Positions 37,919 through 48,417 of a stretch of DNA of 50,848 nt are shown here, in pieces. The notes beneath the pieces were generated by a model. It saw only the letters and a list, made by a program, of their open reading frames with translations, did not search any database and was not told the origin of the DNA. Source of the DNA: Bacteroidota bacterium. GTDB taxonomy: Bacteria; Bacteroidota; Ignavibacteria; Kapaibacteriales; UBA2268. The DNA is taken from positions 1-50,848 of the forward strand of contig JAJRTW010000043.1 in the NCBI GenBank assembly GCA_024278075.1. The letters run 5' to 3'. The position numbers were made by a program, and so were the translations under genes. Position 1 is the first letter of the stretch. The number at the start of each line of letters is the position of its first letter.

Positions 37919-40900
37919 ATGAATCCTGAAAAGAACATATATAAGCAATTAACAGCGCTGCTGCGGGAGCGTATTCTTGTGCTTGACGGCGCAATGGGTT
38001 CGCTTATTCAGAAGTACAATCTGGAGGAAGAGGATTTCAGAGGTAATAGGTTTGCCGGCCATCACAAACCCGTTAAAGGCAACAACGACCTGCTGAGCCT
38101 GACCCAACCGAAGATAATTAAAGATATTCACCGGCTCTACCTCGAGGCCGGCGCCGATATAATCGAAACCAATACTTTTAATGCCAGTGCAATTTCGCTG
38201 GCCGATTACGATATGCAAAGCCTCGCTTATGAGATTAACTTCGAATCTGCCAAATTGGCCAAGCAGGCAGTTAAGGAATTTAATAAAAGCAACCCGGCAA
38301 AGCCAAGATTTGTGGCCGGTGCGGCCGGGCCTACGAACCAAACCACTTCCATGTCGCCCGATGTGAGCGATCCGGGATACCGCCGGGTGGCATTTGATGA
38401 TATGGCCAGGGCTTACTCCGAACAATTCAAAGGCCTGTTGGACGGTGGGGCGGATATTATTCTTATCGAGACGATTTTCGACACGCTGAATGCTAAGGCT
38501 GCAATATTTGCCGCATCGGAAATTCTGAAGGGAGATTATAGCAATATCCCCGTAATGCTGTCGGGTACTATCATTGACCAAAGCGGCAGAACGCTTGCGG
38601 GGCAGACAGTCGAGGCTTTTCTGACCTCGATCGAGCACGCACCGAATCTGATTAGCATCGGCCTGAACTGTTCGCTCGGCTCCCGGCAGATGAGGCCGTA
38701 TATAGATGAATTGAGCCGTATCTCCCCGTGCTTCACCAGCCTTTATCCCAACGCAGGGCTGCCAAACGAATTCGGCGGCTATGACGAAAGCCCGGAGTTT
38801 ATGGCCGAAGTAGCCGAATCCTATATTAATGACGGATTTGTGAATATAATTGGCGGGTGCTGCGGTACCACGCCGGAGCATATCGAAGCACTTGTGCGGG
38901 CGGTGGTGAATCTAAAGCCGAGGGCTATTCCTAAGATCGAGTCTTGCCTTAAGCTAAGCGGACTGGAGCAATTGCTCGTGCATCCCGAATCGAACTTCAT
39001 TAATATTGGCGAACGTACAAATATTGCGGGTTCGGCAAAATTCCGAAGGCTGATAACCGAAGAGAAATACGAAGAGGCGCTCGCAGTTGCCCGGCAGCAG
39101 ATTGAAAATGGCGCTCAGATAATTGATATTAATGTAGATGAGGCAATGATAGATTCCCCGGCGCTAATGACAAGATTCCTTAATCTAATAGCTTCCGAGC
39201 CGGATATTGCCAAAGTGCCGATTATGATAGATTCGTCCGATTGGAATGTGCTCGAGGCCGGATTGAAATGCCTGCAAGGCAAGGGGATAGTGAATTCGCT
39301 GTCCCTGAAAGAGGGTGAAGGGGATTTTATTAATAAAGCCCGAAAGGTGAAGCATTACGGTGCGGCTCTGATTGTTATGGCGTTCGATGAAGCCGGCCAG
39401 GCAACTTCGGCCGAAAGAAAGAATTCAATTTGCGCCAGAGCGTATAAAATATTGACTGAAGAGGTTGGCTTTGCGGCGAAAGACATTATTTTCGACCCGA
39501 ATATACTAACGGTAGCTACCGGTATGGAAGAACATAATAATTATGCCGTTGATTTCATCGAATCCGTAAAGTGGATCAAGGCAAATCTTCCCGGGGCATG
39601 TGTCAGCGGCGGTGTGAGCAATGTATCATTTTCGTTCAGGGGCAATAATCAGGTTCGCCAGGCCATGCACTCCGCTTTTCTGTATCATGCCATACGTGCC
39701 GGTATGGACATGGGAATCGTCAATGCCGGACAGCTTGAAATATATGAGGAGATACCCGATGATTTATTAAATAAAGTCGAGGACGTGCTTCTCAACCGCA
39801 GAGATGACGCTACCGACCGGCTTATTTTATTCGCCCAAACATTAGCGGACAAAGACATAGCAGAAGCAGCCAAACAAGCATGGAGAGAGCTTCCGGTGGA
39901 GAAGCGGCTTGAGTACTCTCTTATAAAGGGGATTACAGAGTATATCGACGAAGACACCGAAGAAGCCAGGCTTAATTCAAAATCTCCGATTGATGTGATA
40001 GAGGGGCCGCTGATGAACGGGATGAACCGTGTAGGAGAGTTGTTCGGCTCGGGCAAGATGTTTTTGCCGCAAGTTATCAAAACCGCCCGCGTAATGAAAA
40101 AAGCTGTGGCTCATCTCACTCCGTATATCGAGAAGCAGTTGAAATCAAAGGGGAGAAGTTCGGCAGGGAAGATATTGCTGGCTACCGTCAAGGGCGATGT
40201 TCACGATATTGGGAAAAATATAGTCGGAGTTGTTTTGGGCTGTAATAATTACGAAATTATCGACCTTGGAGTGATGGTTCCGGCCGATAAAATAATTGCA
40301 GAGGCAATCCGGCACAATGTTGACATGATTGGCCTTAGCGGCCTTATAACGCCTTCGTTGAACGAAATGGTGCATACGGCCAAAGAGCTTAAGAGAAATG
40401 AAATAAAACTGCCACTGATGATTGGCGGCGCTACCACATCAAGGGTGCATACGGCTGTGAAGATTGCCCCGGAACTAAATCAGCCGGTGGTGCATGTGCT
40501 TGATGCAAGCCTTAGCGTTGCCGTTGCGGGCAAGTTAAAAGACCAGGATTATTTAACGAAAATTCGGAATGATTACGGCCAAATAAGGGAGAATCACAAC
40601 AGGAAGCAATCAGCCAATAACTTGGTTTCAATTGAAGAAGCCAGATTAAATAAGCTGCCGGCCGATTGGGCCAAAGAGAATATTGCAGTCCCAAACATAC
40701 AGGGCATACATTATTTCCTCGATTTTCATCTTGGTAAACTTAGGAAATATATCGACTGGACTCAGTTCTTCCTTGCCTGGGATATAAAGGGCAAATACCC
40801 CAACATTCTCAATCATCCCGAAAAGGGTGTCGAGGCCAAAAGTTTACTGGCCGATGCTAATGAATTGATCGATGAAATTATTGCAGATGGATTATTGACT

Positions 40901-41596
40901 GCAAATGGAGTGGTTGGGATATTCCCGGCGAATTCATCGGGGGATGATATTTTGGTTTATGATAACGGCAGCAGAGACAATATTGCTGCTGTATTCCCAA
41001 CATTGCGGCAGCAGCGGAAAAAGACGAATCTGCCCAATCTGGCGTTGGCCGATTATATTGCACCGGTGCAGAGCGGGAGGGAGGATTATATCGGAGCTTT
41101 TGCGGTTACCGCCGGCTTAGGGTCGGAGGCAGCGGCGCAGAAATATAAGGATGACAACGACGACTTCAGGGCAATCCTGCTTAAAATAATTGCCGACCGT
41201 TTTGCAGAGGCTTTCGCAGAATATTTGCATGAATTAGTCCGCCGTGAGTTATGGGGCTATCTGCCGGATGAGGATTTGGATATGGTCGATTTGCTATCGG
41301 TGAAATACTCCGGCATCCGCCCCGCACCGGGTTATCCGTCACTCCCCGGCCATTCCGAAAAAGAGACTATATTTGAATTAATCGACCCGGCGGGGGAGAC
41401 TCGAATAAGCCTTACCGAATCCTATATGATGAACCCTGCAGCTTCAGTCTGCGGCCTGTATTTTGCTCACCCCGAATCGCGATATTTCCCCGTAGGCCCG
41501 ATTAATAAGGATCAATTAGAGGATTATGCCCGAAGGAAGGGGATAGATACTGGAGCGGCCGAAGAACTGCTATCATCGATTCTTGCCTATAAATAA
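37919..41596 (+). CDS. metH: Cobalamin-dependent methionine synthase
   Basis: LDGAMG, GLNC, GGCCGT, IGERTN pterin domain, [16 protein letters not shown]12 motif, SGLIT, RPAPGYP activation domain. Confidence 0.98.
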   Translation: MNPEKNIYKQLTALLRERILVLDGAMGSLIQKYNLEEEDFRGNRFAGHHKPVKGNNDLLSLTQPKIIKDIHRLYLEAGADIIETNTFNASAISLADYDMQSLAYEINFESAKLAKQAVKEFNKSNPAKPRFVAGAAGPTNQTTSMSPDVSDPGYRRVAFDDMARAYSEQFKGLLDGGADIILIETIFDTLNAKAAIFAASEILKGDYSNIPVMLSGTIIDQSGRTLAGQTVEAFLTSIEHAPNLISIGLNCSLGSRQMRPYIDELSRISPCFTSLYPNAGLPNEFGGYDESPEFMAEVAESYINDGFVNIIGGCCGTTPEHIEALVRAVVNLKPRAIPKIESCLKLSGLEQLLVHPESNFINIGERTNIAGSAKFRRLITEEKYEEALAVARQQIENGAQIIDINVDEAMIDSPALMTRFLNLIASEPDIAKVPIMIDSSDWNVLEAGLKCLQGKGIVNSLSLKEGEGDFINKARKVKHYGAALIVMAFDEAGQATSAERKNSICARAYKILTEEVGFAAKDIIFDPNILTVATGMEEHNNYAVDFIESVKWIKANLPGACVSGGVSNVSFSFRGNNQVRQAMHSAFLYHAIRAGMDMGIVNAGQLEIYEEIPDDLLNKVEDVLLNRRDDATDRLILFAQTLADKDIAEAAKQAWRELPVEKRLEYSLIKGITEYIDEDTEEARLNSKSPIDVIEGPLMNGMNRVGELFGSGKMFLPQVIKTARVMKKAVAHLTPYIEKQLKSKGRSSAGKILLATVKGDVHDIGKNIVGVVLGCNNYEIIDLGVMVPADKIIAEAIRHNVDMIGLSGLITPSLNEMVHTAKELKRNEIKLPLMIGGATTSRVHTAVKIAPELNQPVVHVLDASLSVAVAGKLKDQDYLTKIRNDYGQIRENHNRKQSANNLVSIEEARLNKLPADWAKENIAVPNIQGIHYFLDFHLGKLRKYIDWTQFFLAWDIKGKYPNILNHPEKGVEAKSLLADANELIDEIIADGLLTANGVVGIFPANSSGDDILVYDNGSRDNIAAVFPTLRQQRKKTNLPNLALADYIAPVQSGREDYIGAFAVTAGLGSEAAAQKYKDDNDDFRAILLKIIADRFAEAFAEYLHELVRRELWGYLPDEDLDMVDLLSVKYSGIRPAPGYPSLPGHSEKETIFELIDPAGETRISLTESYMMNPAASVCGLYFAHPESRYFPVGPINKDQLEDYARRKGIDTGAAEELLSSILAYK

Positions 41597-41668
41597 CATC
41601 CAGCATGAGTTAATAATCAGGCATGTGGGGGTCCAGATGAAATAGTCAGTTTGGTTTGGCAGTAAAAT

Positions 41669-41694
41669 ATGGGGCAAACCTCTGTTCGCCCCAT
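41669..41694 (-). terminator. Hairpin terminator between convergent metH and tlpA-like genes
   Basis: Minus strand atggggcgaac-agag-gtttgccccat followed by atttt. Confidence 0.55.
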
Positions 41695-41755
41695 TCATAA
41701 AATCATTTGTTATTGATTACTAAGCCGCCCTCAGCTGAAAGATATAACCCTCAGC

Positions 41756-42358
41756 TTACATAGCCCTTTTGACAGCTTTCATAAAAGCCTTATAGGTCGA
41801 GAAGCCAATGATTTTCTCAGCAATTTTCTTATCCTTCCCGATAATATAAGTAGTGGGAACAGAAGGAATGCCGCCGTAAGAATCAGTCAATGCCTTTAAT
41901 TCTTTATTGGCAGGATACTTCCCAGTTAAATTTATATAATTAATACCTTTTTTATCGACAAACCCGCTTACCTGTTTAATTGCGGCGGCGTCGTTGCTGC
42001 TGCGCTCCATCGCTATGCCGATTACAACAAAATCCTTATTGCCCAATTCCTTATTTATTTTAATAATATCGGGGATTTCCCTGCGGCACGGCGGACACCA
42101 AGTACCCCAGAAATTCAGGAATACAACTTTGCCTTTGGTATATTCATTGAATGATACTTTTTTCCCGTTCTGTATCCAATAAAAATTAGTAGCATACCCC
42201 TTTTTACCTTTTTCGGTTTTGCTAATTTTATAGACATCTACCTTAGAGGATGATTTGTGCGGTGCGGCAGAAATCGATTCCGAATTCTGATTGAAAAACA
42301 CCATCCCGACTACTATCAATCCAAGTACAATCCAAAGTAAATTCAATCTCTTTTTCAA
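41756..42358 (-). CDS. TlpA/ResA/CcmG-like thiol-disulfide oxidoreductase
   Basis: N-terminal TM anchor, GKVVFLNFWGTWCPPCRREIP, SVPTTYII; TTG start; downstream of ccmF. Confidence 0.9.
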   Translation of the reverse strand: MKKRLNLLWIVLGLIVVGMVFFNQNSESISAAPHKSSSKVDVYKISKTEKGKKGYATNFYWIQNGKKVSFNEYTKGKVVFLNFWGTWCPPCRREIPDIIKINKELGNKDFVVIGIAMERSSNDAAAIKQVSGFVDKKGINYINLTGKYPANKELKALTDSYGGIPSVPTTYIIGKDKKIAEKIIGFSTYKAFMKAVKRAM

Positions 42359-42501
42359 AATTTAGTCTCCACTAAAATTATTATACAATACTAATTAGAT
42401 AATATGACGCAGCCTGCTAAATATTATTTGATCAAGCTGGGTTGGAAGCCGGCTTAAGTGTTATGATTCAATGCAGTTAATAATATTGCTAACGGGCAAT
42501 A

Positions 42502-44940
42502 TTAGGCTCTGTCCTCTTCGTTTTGGCCATCGCCGGCTTTGGCATCACCGCTATTTTCTCCCGTGCCGCTGCCATCGGTTGCTCTATCCGGTGATGCTTG
42601 TGCTGCGGTATCGGAGATTATTTGTTGCGAAGTATCATTTCCTTTCTTCTTCTTCTTCTTCTTCTTCTGTCCGCCCGGGGTGTATTTCCCCATGGCAATA
42701 AAGAAACCGGCAAAAAGAATAATAGTGCCTATCCATACAAGATTAATATATGGTTCGATTATTACTCTAAAAGTGAAAACAGTGACAGGTTCAGGCTCGG
42801 GCTGGCCCTTTTCCCTGAAATAAAACACGGCCTGGGATTGAGCCATGTTCTCTTTGTTGGGAATGAACTCCTTGAATCCAATCTCGATAACTGTATTCAG
42901 ATATGTGTACCATTCGGGATGGTTGCAGCCGGATAGCATATCCAGGCTAATGTAAAGAGTGTCAACGAATGATTCTCCTTCATGCGGCTCGAACCTGATA
43001 ATGCACCCCATGCGGATATGGTTTGGCTCGCCTTCCGGGGAAGTGGAATGTGCCATATCGAATCCAAGCATTGCCATATTCACCGAATAGTTCAATGGAA
43101 TTCTGTGTTTATGGCCTTTGCTGAGTACAATGCTCATTGCATTTGAAGTGGAGCGAACATCCTTCGGCTCAACATATATGTCTTTTGTAAGAAAGCGGCT
43201 GATTCCCGGCTGCATGTACGGAACCTCACGTTTGTTGAAGTCACTCCAATATGCTACCGGCTTAACAATATTCTTTTCGCCATCCTTCTCAATCATTAGT
43301 GTCAATTGATACTTTTCGCGATCGGTCAGTTCCTTCTCTATTCTTTCTTTTTTAAGGAAGAAGAAAGTGTAGCCAAAGGCCTCGGTTTGCTCTCCTTCTT
43401 TCAATGTTAGCTGTGTAGATTCGGAAAAGGCCCCGCTGCCTAAAGCACCGAGCAGCAATAACGCCAGCCCGACATGCGACAGGTAAGCTCCGGTCTTCGC
43501 AAAATTCTTTGCGAAATGTTTAATAATTAGCTGAGTGTTGATAATCATCGAAAGCCAAGCGGTGAAAATAAGCAAAAGGAATAAAAAATTACCGACTCCC
43601 ATTATTACCGATACAGCTGTTAATGCAATAGAAATGAGAATTGCCGGAAGTGATTTTACAAGTACTGTCTTGATGTCTGATGATTTCCAACGGAAAAATA
43701 ATGACAGGGCATTAACAAATAGCAAAACTATCCAGATAGGAAGATTCCACTGGTCGTAAAGTGATGTATCGATAGCGGCTTTCGGCTGCCCGAACCAGGG
43801 GCCGAGAATAGGCCAGCTTGTGCCAATGATAATTATTAAGCCGGACAGCAATATGCCAATAGTTCCAAACGAAAGAGCAAATTCCTTGGAAGTGAAGCTG
43901 AAGTTCATTTTGGGATTGGGTATTTCTTTCAGCCGGAATAATAGTGCAAATAATCCGAGCAGTAAAAATGCTACTATGAACAGCAGCAGGATTAAGTAAA
44001 CCGTCATTCCCGGATCGGCAAACGTATGCACCGATGAGCCTGCCAGAATTCCGCTTCTTGTTAGAAAAGTGGCATAGAGAACAAGTACGAATGATATCAC
44101 CGCAAGCGAAAAGTTGGTTTTAATCAAGCCGCCGTTCTTCCTATAAACGAACATCGTATGCACCAGTGCCACAGCTACAATCCAGGGCAAAAGCGACGAG
44201 TTCTCCACGGGGTCCCATCCCCAAAAGCCGCCCCATCCAAGGGTTTCATAAGCCCAAAAACCACCTATCATAATCCCCAGGCCAAGCGTTGCCGTAGCAA
44301 ACAATGTCCAGGGTATTGCTATATCTATCCACTGCCTGTAATCCCTTTTGAACAATCCGGCCAGCCCGAAAACAAACGGCACCGACATTGCGGCATAGCC
44401 AAGAAACAGAATAGGCGGATGGATGGCCATCCAATAGTTCTGAAGGATTGGGTTCAATCCATGGCCGTTCTTCGGAGTGAACCCGACTTCTACGCCTTCA
44501 TAGGATTCCCACAGGAAGTGGAAGGGATTTTTGAATATCATTAATAATAATATAAAGACCAATATTAACGAATAAAAACCCATTACATAGGATTCGTATC
44601 CGAATTTCCTGGCATAGGGCATAAGGAAATAACCAATAACGGCTACGAATATGGCCCAAAGCAAAAATGAGCCGTGCTGCCCTGCCCAAAATGTTGAAAT
44701 CAGCAGCGACAATGGCAGCTCATTGGAGGAATAGTCATATACATAAGTATATTGGTAGTCATGCGAAAGGATTATCGACAATAGGAACAAGGACATCAGA
44801 ATCAGGCCTAAGGTTACACCATTGTATAAATAGCTGCCTGCTTTATTAAGCTTTTCATTCTTATTGGCGGAAATAAGATAAACTACTGTTGACCCCACAG
44901 ACAGGGCCAAAGTTATATAAACGAGAAATTGTCCAATCAT
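42502..44940 (-). CDS. ccmF: Cytochrome c biogenesis heme lyase CcmF
   Basis: FWAGQHGS, GLNPILQ, IHPP, WAYETLGWGGFWGWDPVENSS, HT, FLTRSG, SVH; many TM helices. Confidence 0.93.
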   Translation of the reverse strand: MIGQFLVYITLALSVGSTVVYLISANKNEKLNKAGSYLYNGVTLGLILMSLFLLSIILSHDYQYTYVYDYSSNELPLSLLISTFWAGQHGSFLLWAIFVAVIGYFLMPYARKFGYESYVMGFYSLILVFILLLMIFKNPFHFLWESYEGVEVGFTPKNGHGLNPILQNYWMAIHPPILFLGYAAMSVPFVFGLAGLFKRDYRQWIDIAIPWTLFATATLGLGIMIGGFWAYETLGWGGFWGWDPVENSSLLPWIVAVALVHTMFVYRKNGGLIKTNFSLAVISFVLVLYATFLTRSGILAGSSVHTFADPGMTVYLILLLFIVAFLLLGLFALLFRLKEIPNPKMNFSFTSKEFALSFGTIGILLSGLIIIIGTSWPILGPWFGQPKAAIDTSLYDQWNLPIWIVLLFVNALSLFFRWKSSDIKTVLVKSLPAILISIALTAVSVIMGVGNFLFLLLIFTAWLSMIINTQLIIKHFAKNFAKTGAYLSHVGLALLLLGALGSGAFSESTQLTLKEGEQTEAFGYTFFFLKKERIEKELTDREKYQLTLMIEKDGEKNIVKPVAYWSDFNKREVPYMQPGISRFLTKDIYVEPKDVRSTSNAMSIVLSKGHKHRIPLNYSVNMAMLGFDMAHSTSPEGEPNHIRMGCIIRFEPHEGESFVDTLYISLDMLSGCNHPEWYTYLNTVIEIGFKEFIPNKENMAQSQAVFYFREKGQPEPEPVTVFTFRVIIEPYINLVWIGTIILFAGFFIAMGKYTPGGQKKKKKKKKGNDTSQQIISDTAAQASPDRATDGSGTGENSGDAKAGDGQNEEDRA
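42646..42666. repeat. (CTT)7 microsatellite encoding part of a Lys8 tract in the CcmF C-terminal tail
   Basis: Seven perfect CTT units (AAG on the coding strand) plus one AAA codon. Confidence 0.85.
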
Positions 44941-45020
44941 AATCTAATTTGTTAATATCAGTTTATAAATAATTAATTATATTCGAAATCACTCAAGGCA
45001 TACGATGACAGTCCTTTGTT

Positions 45021-45047
45021 GTTCCGTCAGTTGTTACAACTGGCGAA
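45021..45047. repeat. Single REP-like palindrome
   Basis: gttccgtcagttgttacaactggcgaa: one mismatch to 30870-30896. Confidence 0.75.
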
Positions 45048-45130
45048 TTGCCACAGTTCCCGGAGGTTATATGCAACGCCTGAGTTGAAGTGGAAATCAC
45101 CTGTTTGTCTGTTGCTGCCTGCTTACTTAT

Positions 45131-45517
45131 TTATGAAGATTTAAGTTCTTCGCCATCGCCTTCGTATTTCGATGGGCATTTCGTCAGAATTTCGGAAGCC
45201 CTGAACACATCGCCGTTGAACTTCCCCTTGATGACAAGCTCGGGAGCTATATCGAAATTATTCGGCTTTCCTCCGTCGAAAATAATTTTTGTCACATTGC
45301 TTTCTTCATCTTCCATATAGAAAATGAATTGATTATTTTCTACATCATAGTCATAATCATGCTCTTTCACCCACGAGCCAATTACCTGGACTGTCTTGCC
45401 GGTTTCACGTGCTTCAAGAAAATCTGTGTATTCGATCTTGCTGCTATCAAATGAATATATAGCCAGAATCAAAAACAAGACTCCGATTATCGAACCAACA
45501 ATATATCTTGGTTTCAT
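45131..45517 (-). CDS. ccmE: Heme chaperone CcmE, CxxxY (System I*) type
   Basis: N-terminal TM, G.KPNNF...V.KG....F.A.EILTKCPSKY. Start taken at MKPRY, which has a GGAGG RBS. Confidence 0.9.
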   Translation of the reverse strand: MKPRYIVGSIIGVLFLILAIYSFDSSKIEYTDFLEARETGKTVQVIGSWVKEHDYDYDVENNQFIFYMEDEESNVTKIIFDGGKPNNFDIAPELVIKGKFNGDVFRASEILTKCPSKYEGDGEELKSS

Positions 45518-45615
45518 TGCATCCTCCAATCTATTCGTTAGTATTATATCAATTTAAAGTATATCAATTAAGTTTAGTATGCAAAAATAGCGGAATATTC
45601 AAAATCAGGCAACCA

Positions 45616-45768
45616 CTATTCGTCCGAATCTGATTTAAGAGTAATCCTCTTCTCCAGTTTTGTTATCTTATTGTCCAGCACGAAAAGGAATCCGGCTATG
45701 CCAATCCATATAATCAAAACAATAAAGAGAACAATGTAGTTAGAATTATCCGAAAAGAACTGTTCCAT
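45616..45768 (-). CDS. ccmD: CcmD-family small membrane protein (50 aa; below the ORF-track cutoff)
   Basis: MEQFFSDNSNYIVLFIVLIIWIGIAGFLFVLDNKITKLEKRITLKSDSDE: one TM helix plus an LD.KI.KLEK coil, located between ccmC and ccmE. Confidence 0.85.
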   Translation of the reverse strand: MEQFFSDNSNYIVLFIVLIIWIGIAGFLFVLDNKITKLEKRITLKSDSDE

Positions 45769-45881
45769 TTCCGTATTCAAGATTAATTAATAAAAAAATT
45801 AGTAATAAAATAGTTGTTTCTATTAACCCGCATTATAGCAGCAATTTCGCACAGTCTTTCTGCACTCTTCAGATACTGATT

Positions 45882-46050
45882 TATCCCGTATTATTCAAAA
45901 AATATCCAAAACACCTGACAGGCAATGGCTAACAGATATTTATGATAACTCAATAATAAGCCAAATATTTTCACCGTGCTACCGGACTAACTCGAATAAT
46001 TCCGAAGAAATACGAAGCTCTTGAGTAAAAGTCCCGCAATAAGCGGGTTA
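45882..46050. mobile_element. ~169-bp MITE-like repeat, copy 3 (extra left-end sequence at 45824)
   Basis: Homologous to copies 1 and 2; its terminal tta is the ccmC stop codon; an additional taacccgcattat lies at 45824-45836. Confidence 0.85.
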
Positions 46051-47127
46051 TACTGACAGCCTTCGGCTTGCGGCAGAGTATTTAGTTTTGATATTATCAT
46101 ATCTGATTGCCAGGCTCATCATCCAGAAATAAATAATGATAAAACCGGCAAGTGCCAGCCCAAAGGCATAAAGCAGGCTGGAATCCAGCATCCCGGGCTG
46201 ATTGCTAACCACCGGCCCGGCTGTGTCCTCGCCCTTTGCACCCGGGTGCAGCCCGGAGAACATTCTCGGCAATATGAAAACAAAAAACGGCACTGTCAAA
46301 AAGGCTATTATCGAATAAACCGAACTCAGCCGCGCTTTCAAATCCTCGCGGTCAAGAGCCGAACGCAAGGCAAAGTAGGCCGCATAAATCAGCATAAGCA
46401 CAAGGATTGATGTTTGCCGCGGGTCCCAATTCCAGAAGCTGCCCCAATTAAATTTTGCCCAAATCATGCCGGTAACTGTTGCAAGTATGGTAAATACGAA
46501 TCCCAATGCCGCCGAACTTGAGGCGTAGAGGTCGTACTTCAGGTCGCGCCTCCGCAGGTACAATATAGAGTAAATCATCGACACCATATAGGCTACCACA
46601 GATACCCAGGCCATGGGGACATGAAATACCATAATCCTTATTTTATCCTGCAACGCCGGCAAATACGGGTATGTCATCAGCGGGGCAATTGATTTAGTAT
46701 GATTGTATATGAAGCGGTTGCTATCTTTGTCGTAATTCAGGTTGGCAACAATCATCTTATCGGTAGTGAATTCATCGGGCAAATCTTTCTGATTAATTAT
46801 TATTATTTGCGGTACTGCATTGCCGCTTGAGCCTGCCTCCGGGTTACGGGTGGATAATACCCAATAATTACCTGCGCTGTTAAATTCGGGCGAACCGTCG
46901 AGTACATTGAACTTCACATCGATAGTATAGCCATCGGTGATGTTGTTCATGATTTTTAATTGCGAAAAACTGCCGGCGGTTGGTGTCAGGAATACAAGAA
47001 CAGATGCAATTGCTACGAATAATATTGCCACCCAGCGCCATATTATCGGGCGCGGCTTTGTGAAATGGGGAATGAATCCGAAGAGAACCCCTATTATTAC
47101 GGCCGAAAACATTACTATGAATTTCAT
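46048..47127 (-). CDS. ccmC: Heme exporter CcmC with an extended N-terminal region
   Basis: IMVFHVPMAW, TGMIWAKFNWGSFWNWDPRQTS WWD domain, GLHP. Confidence 0.9.
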   Translation of the reverse strand: MKFIVMFSAVIIGVLFGFIPHFTKPRPIIWRWVAILFVAIASVLVFLTPTAGSFSQLKIMNNITDGYTIDVKFNVLDGSPEFNSAGNYWVLSTRNPEAGSSGNAVPQIIIINQKDLPDEFTTDKMIVANLNYDKDSNRFIYNHTKSIAPLMTYPYLPALQDKIRIMVFHVPMAWVSVVAYMVSMIYSILYLRRRDLKYDLYASSSAALGFVFTILATVTGMIWAKFNWGSFWNWDPRQTSILVLMLIYAAYFALRSALDREDLKARLSSVYSIIAFLTVPFFVFILPRMFSGLHPGAKGEDTAGPVVSNQPGMLDSSLLYAFGLALAGFIIIYFWMMSLAIRYDNIKTKYSAASRRLSV

Positions 47128-47487
47128 TTATACTTCAATTTATCGATAAACTATGATTATAATTTATATATGAAGTTTAAAATAGATAAATATTTTTTGG
47201 AAATATAATGAAATCAGATAATATATTGATATGAATGAAATTGTGTAATTATCGGTGTGTTTTCGGATTTACGTCCTGCAGGTTTTTATTATTATACGAT
47301 TCAATTAGGCAGGGAAATTAAAACAAACAAAATAACTGTTTCCAGATAGTTCATCAAAAAAAAATCCTGTATGGTGGTTTGCTCCGGGCAGTTTTATGAA
47401 TTATATAATAAACCGACATCAGGACGGGAAGTCCTGACGCCACGAAAAGAATTCATCGGAAGCGTGTATGGGAAGCAATAATTATTC

Positions 47488-47928
47488 TTACTGGAGCAGT
47501 TTGATTAATTTCAATACGTTCTGCGGCCTGGATTTTGAGGACGGAGAGTATTTAATATCGTCCATAACAAGTTTCATCAGGTGGATGCCCAGCCCGCCTT
47601 TTCTGAATTCCTTTAAATATTTCTTCATATTGGGCGAGTTCACATCCAATGGGTTGAAAGGCTCGCCATCATCAAGAATTTTTACAACGAACCGACGCCC
47701 GGATGTTTCAACTTCAACACAGAATTGCTTACTTTTGTCGAGATGATAGGCGTGCTGGATTAAATTGGTGCACGCCTCGTCGACGGCAAGAGCTATTTGG
47801 TTGGCTTCATCTGCGCCGAAACCAAATAATTCTGCTTTCGTCGAAACGAATTTCCGAACCTTTCTCAATTCGGAATATTTGCCGGGAGCGCAAATAAGAT
47901 TACTGTATGTGTCGTTTCTACTATACAT
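47488..47928 (-). CDS. Anti-sigma factor / Ser kinase (RsbW/SpoIIAB-like)
   Basis: LAVDEACTNLIQHAY, D.G..F, GGLGIHLMKLVMD. Start placed at 47928 (or 47937) to avoid a long overlap with the STAS gene. Confidence 0.88.
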   Translation of the reverse strand: MYSRNDTYSNLICAPGKYSELRKVRKFVSTKAELFGFGADEANQIALAVDEACTNLIQHAYHLDKSKQFCVEVETSGRRFVVKILDDGEPFNPLDVNSPNMKKYLKEFRKGGLGIHLMKLVMDDIKYSPSSKSRPQNVLKLIKLLQ

Positions 47929-47929
47929 T

Positions 47930-48307
47930 CTATACATCGCCCTTAATGTCGCCATTTGCAAATTTTTGTAAAGCACTTTCATCCTCTTTATCAATATCAA
48001 AAAGCATGGGAAAACCAAGCAGGTCGAACACCGAAAAGACTTTGGGGTTCATTTCGGTCAATTTAATATCGCCGCCGGATTTCCTTAAATCTTCTATAAA
48101 AGCCATGAAAACCCCCAACCCGGCACTGCTTATATAATCCAGGTTGCGGAAATTCACTAAAATCATTTTCCTGCCATCTTTAATCAGTTTGTCAATTGAA
48201 GATTCTAGTTCAGGCGCAGTCAATGCATCTAAGTATCCATGGAGGTGCAGGCAATCGACTTCTCCGTTGGTTCGGTGCATTATCGAGAATTTGTTTTTTT
48301 CTGTCAT
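47930..48307 (-). CDS. STAS-domain anti-sigma-factor antagonist (RsbV-like)
   Basis: G.LDA.TAPEL, LDYISSAGLGVF phospho-Ser motif, VFDLLGF. Confidence 0.92.
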   Translation of the reverse strand: MTEKNKFSIMHRTNGEVDCLHLHGYLDALTAPELESSIDKLIKDGRKMILVNFRNLDYISSAGLGVFMAFIEDLRKSGGDIKLTEMNPKVFSVFDLLGFPMLFDIDKEDESALQKFANGDIKGDV

Positions 48308-48417
48308 AATCCCTTCTCTCAGGTTTAATATATAAATAACCGGAATTTGAACTACAAAAGTATGTATGTTTTATTTTATATTAAATAAAAATTATTCTAA
48401 GAACCGTTCCATAGTTC

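Noticed and set aside
37949-38881. 310-aa antisense ORF inside metH (and similar ORFs at 29344-30051, 22781-23386, 24203-24763, 48467-49030)
   Set aside because: Shadow frames of well-conserved genes, with no motifs or RBS.
47929-48018. N-terminal extension of the RsbW-like ORF
   Set aside because: It overlaps the STAS gene by ~90 nt; a downstream ATG at 47928 or 47937 gives a normal-sized protein.
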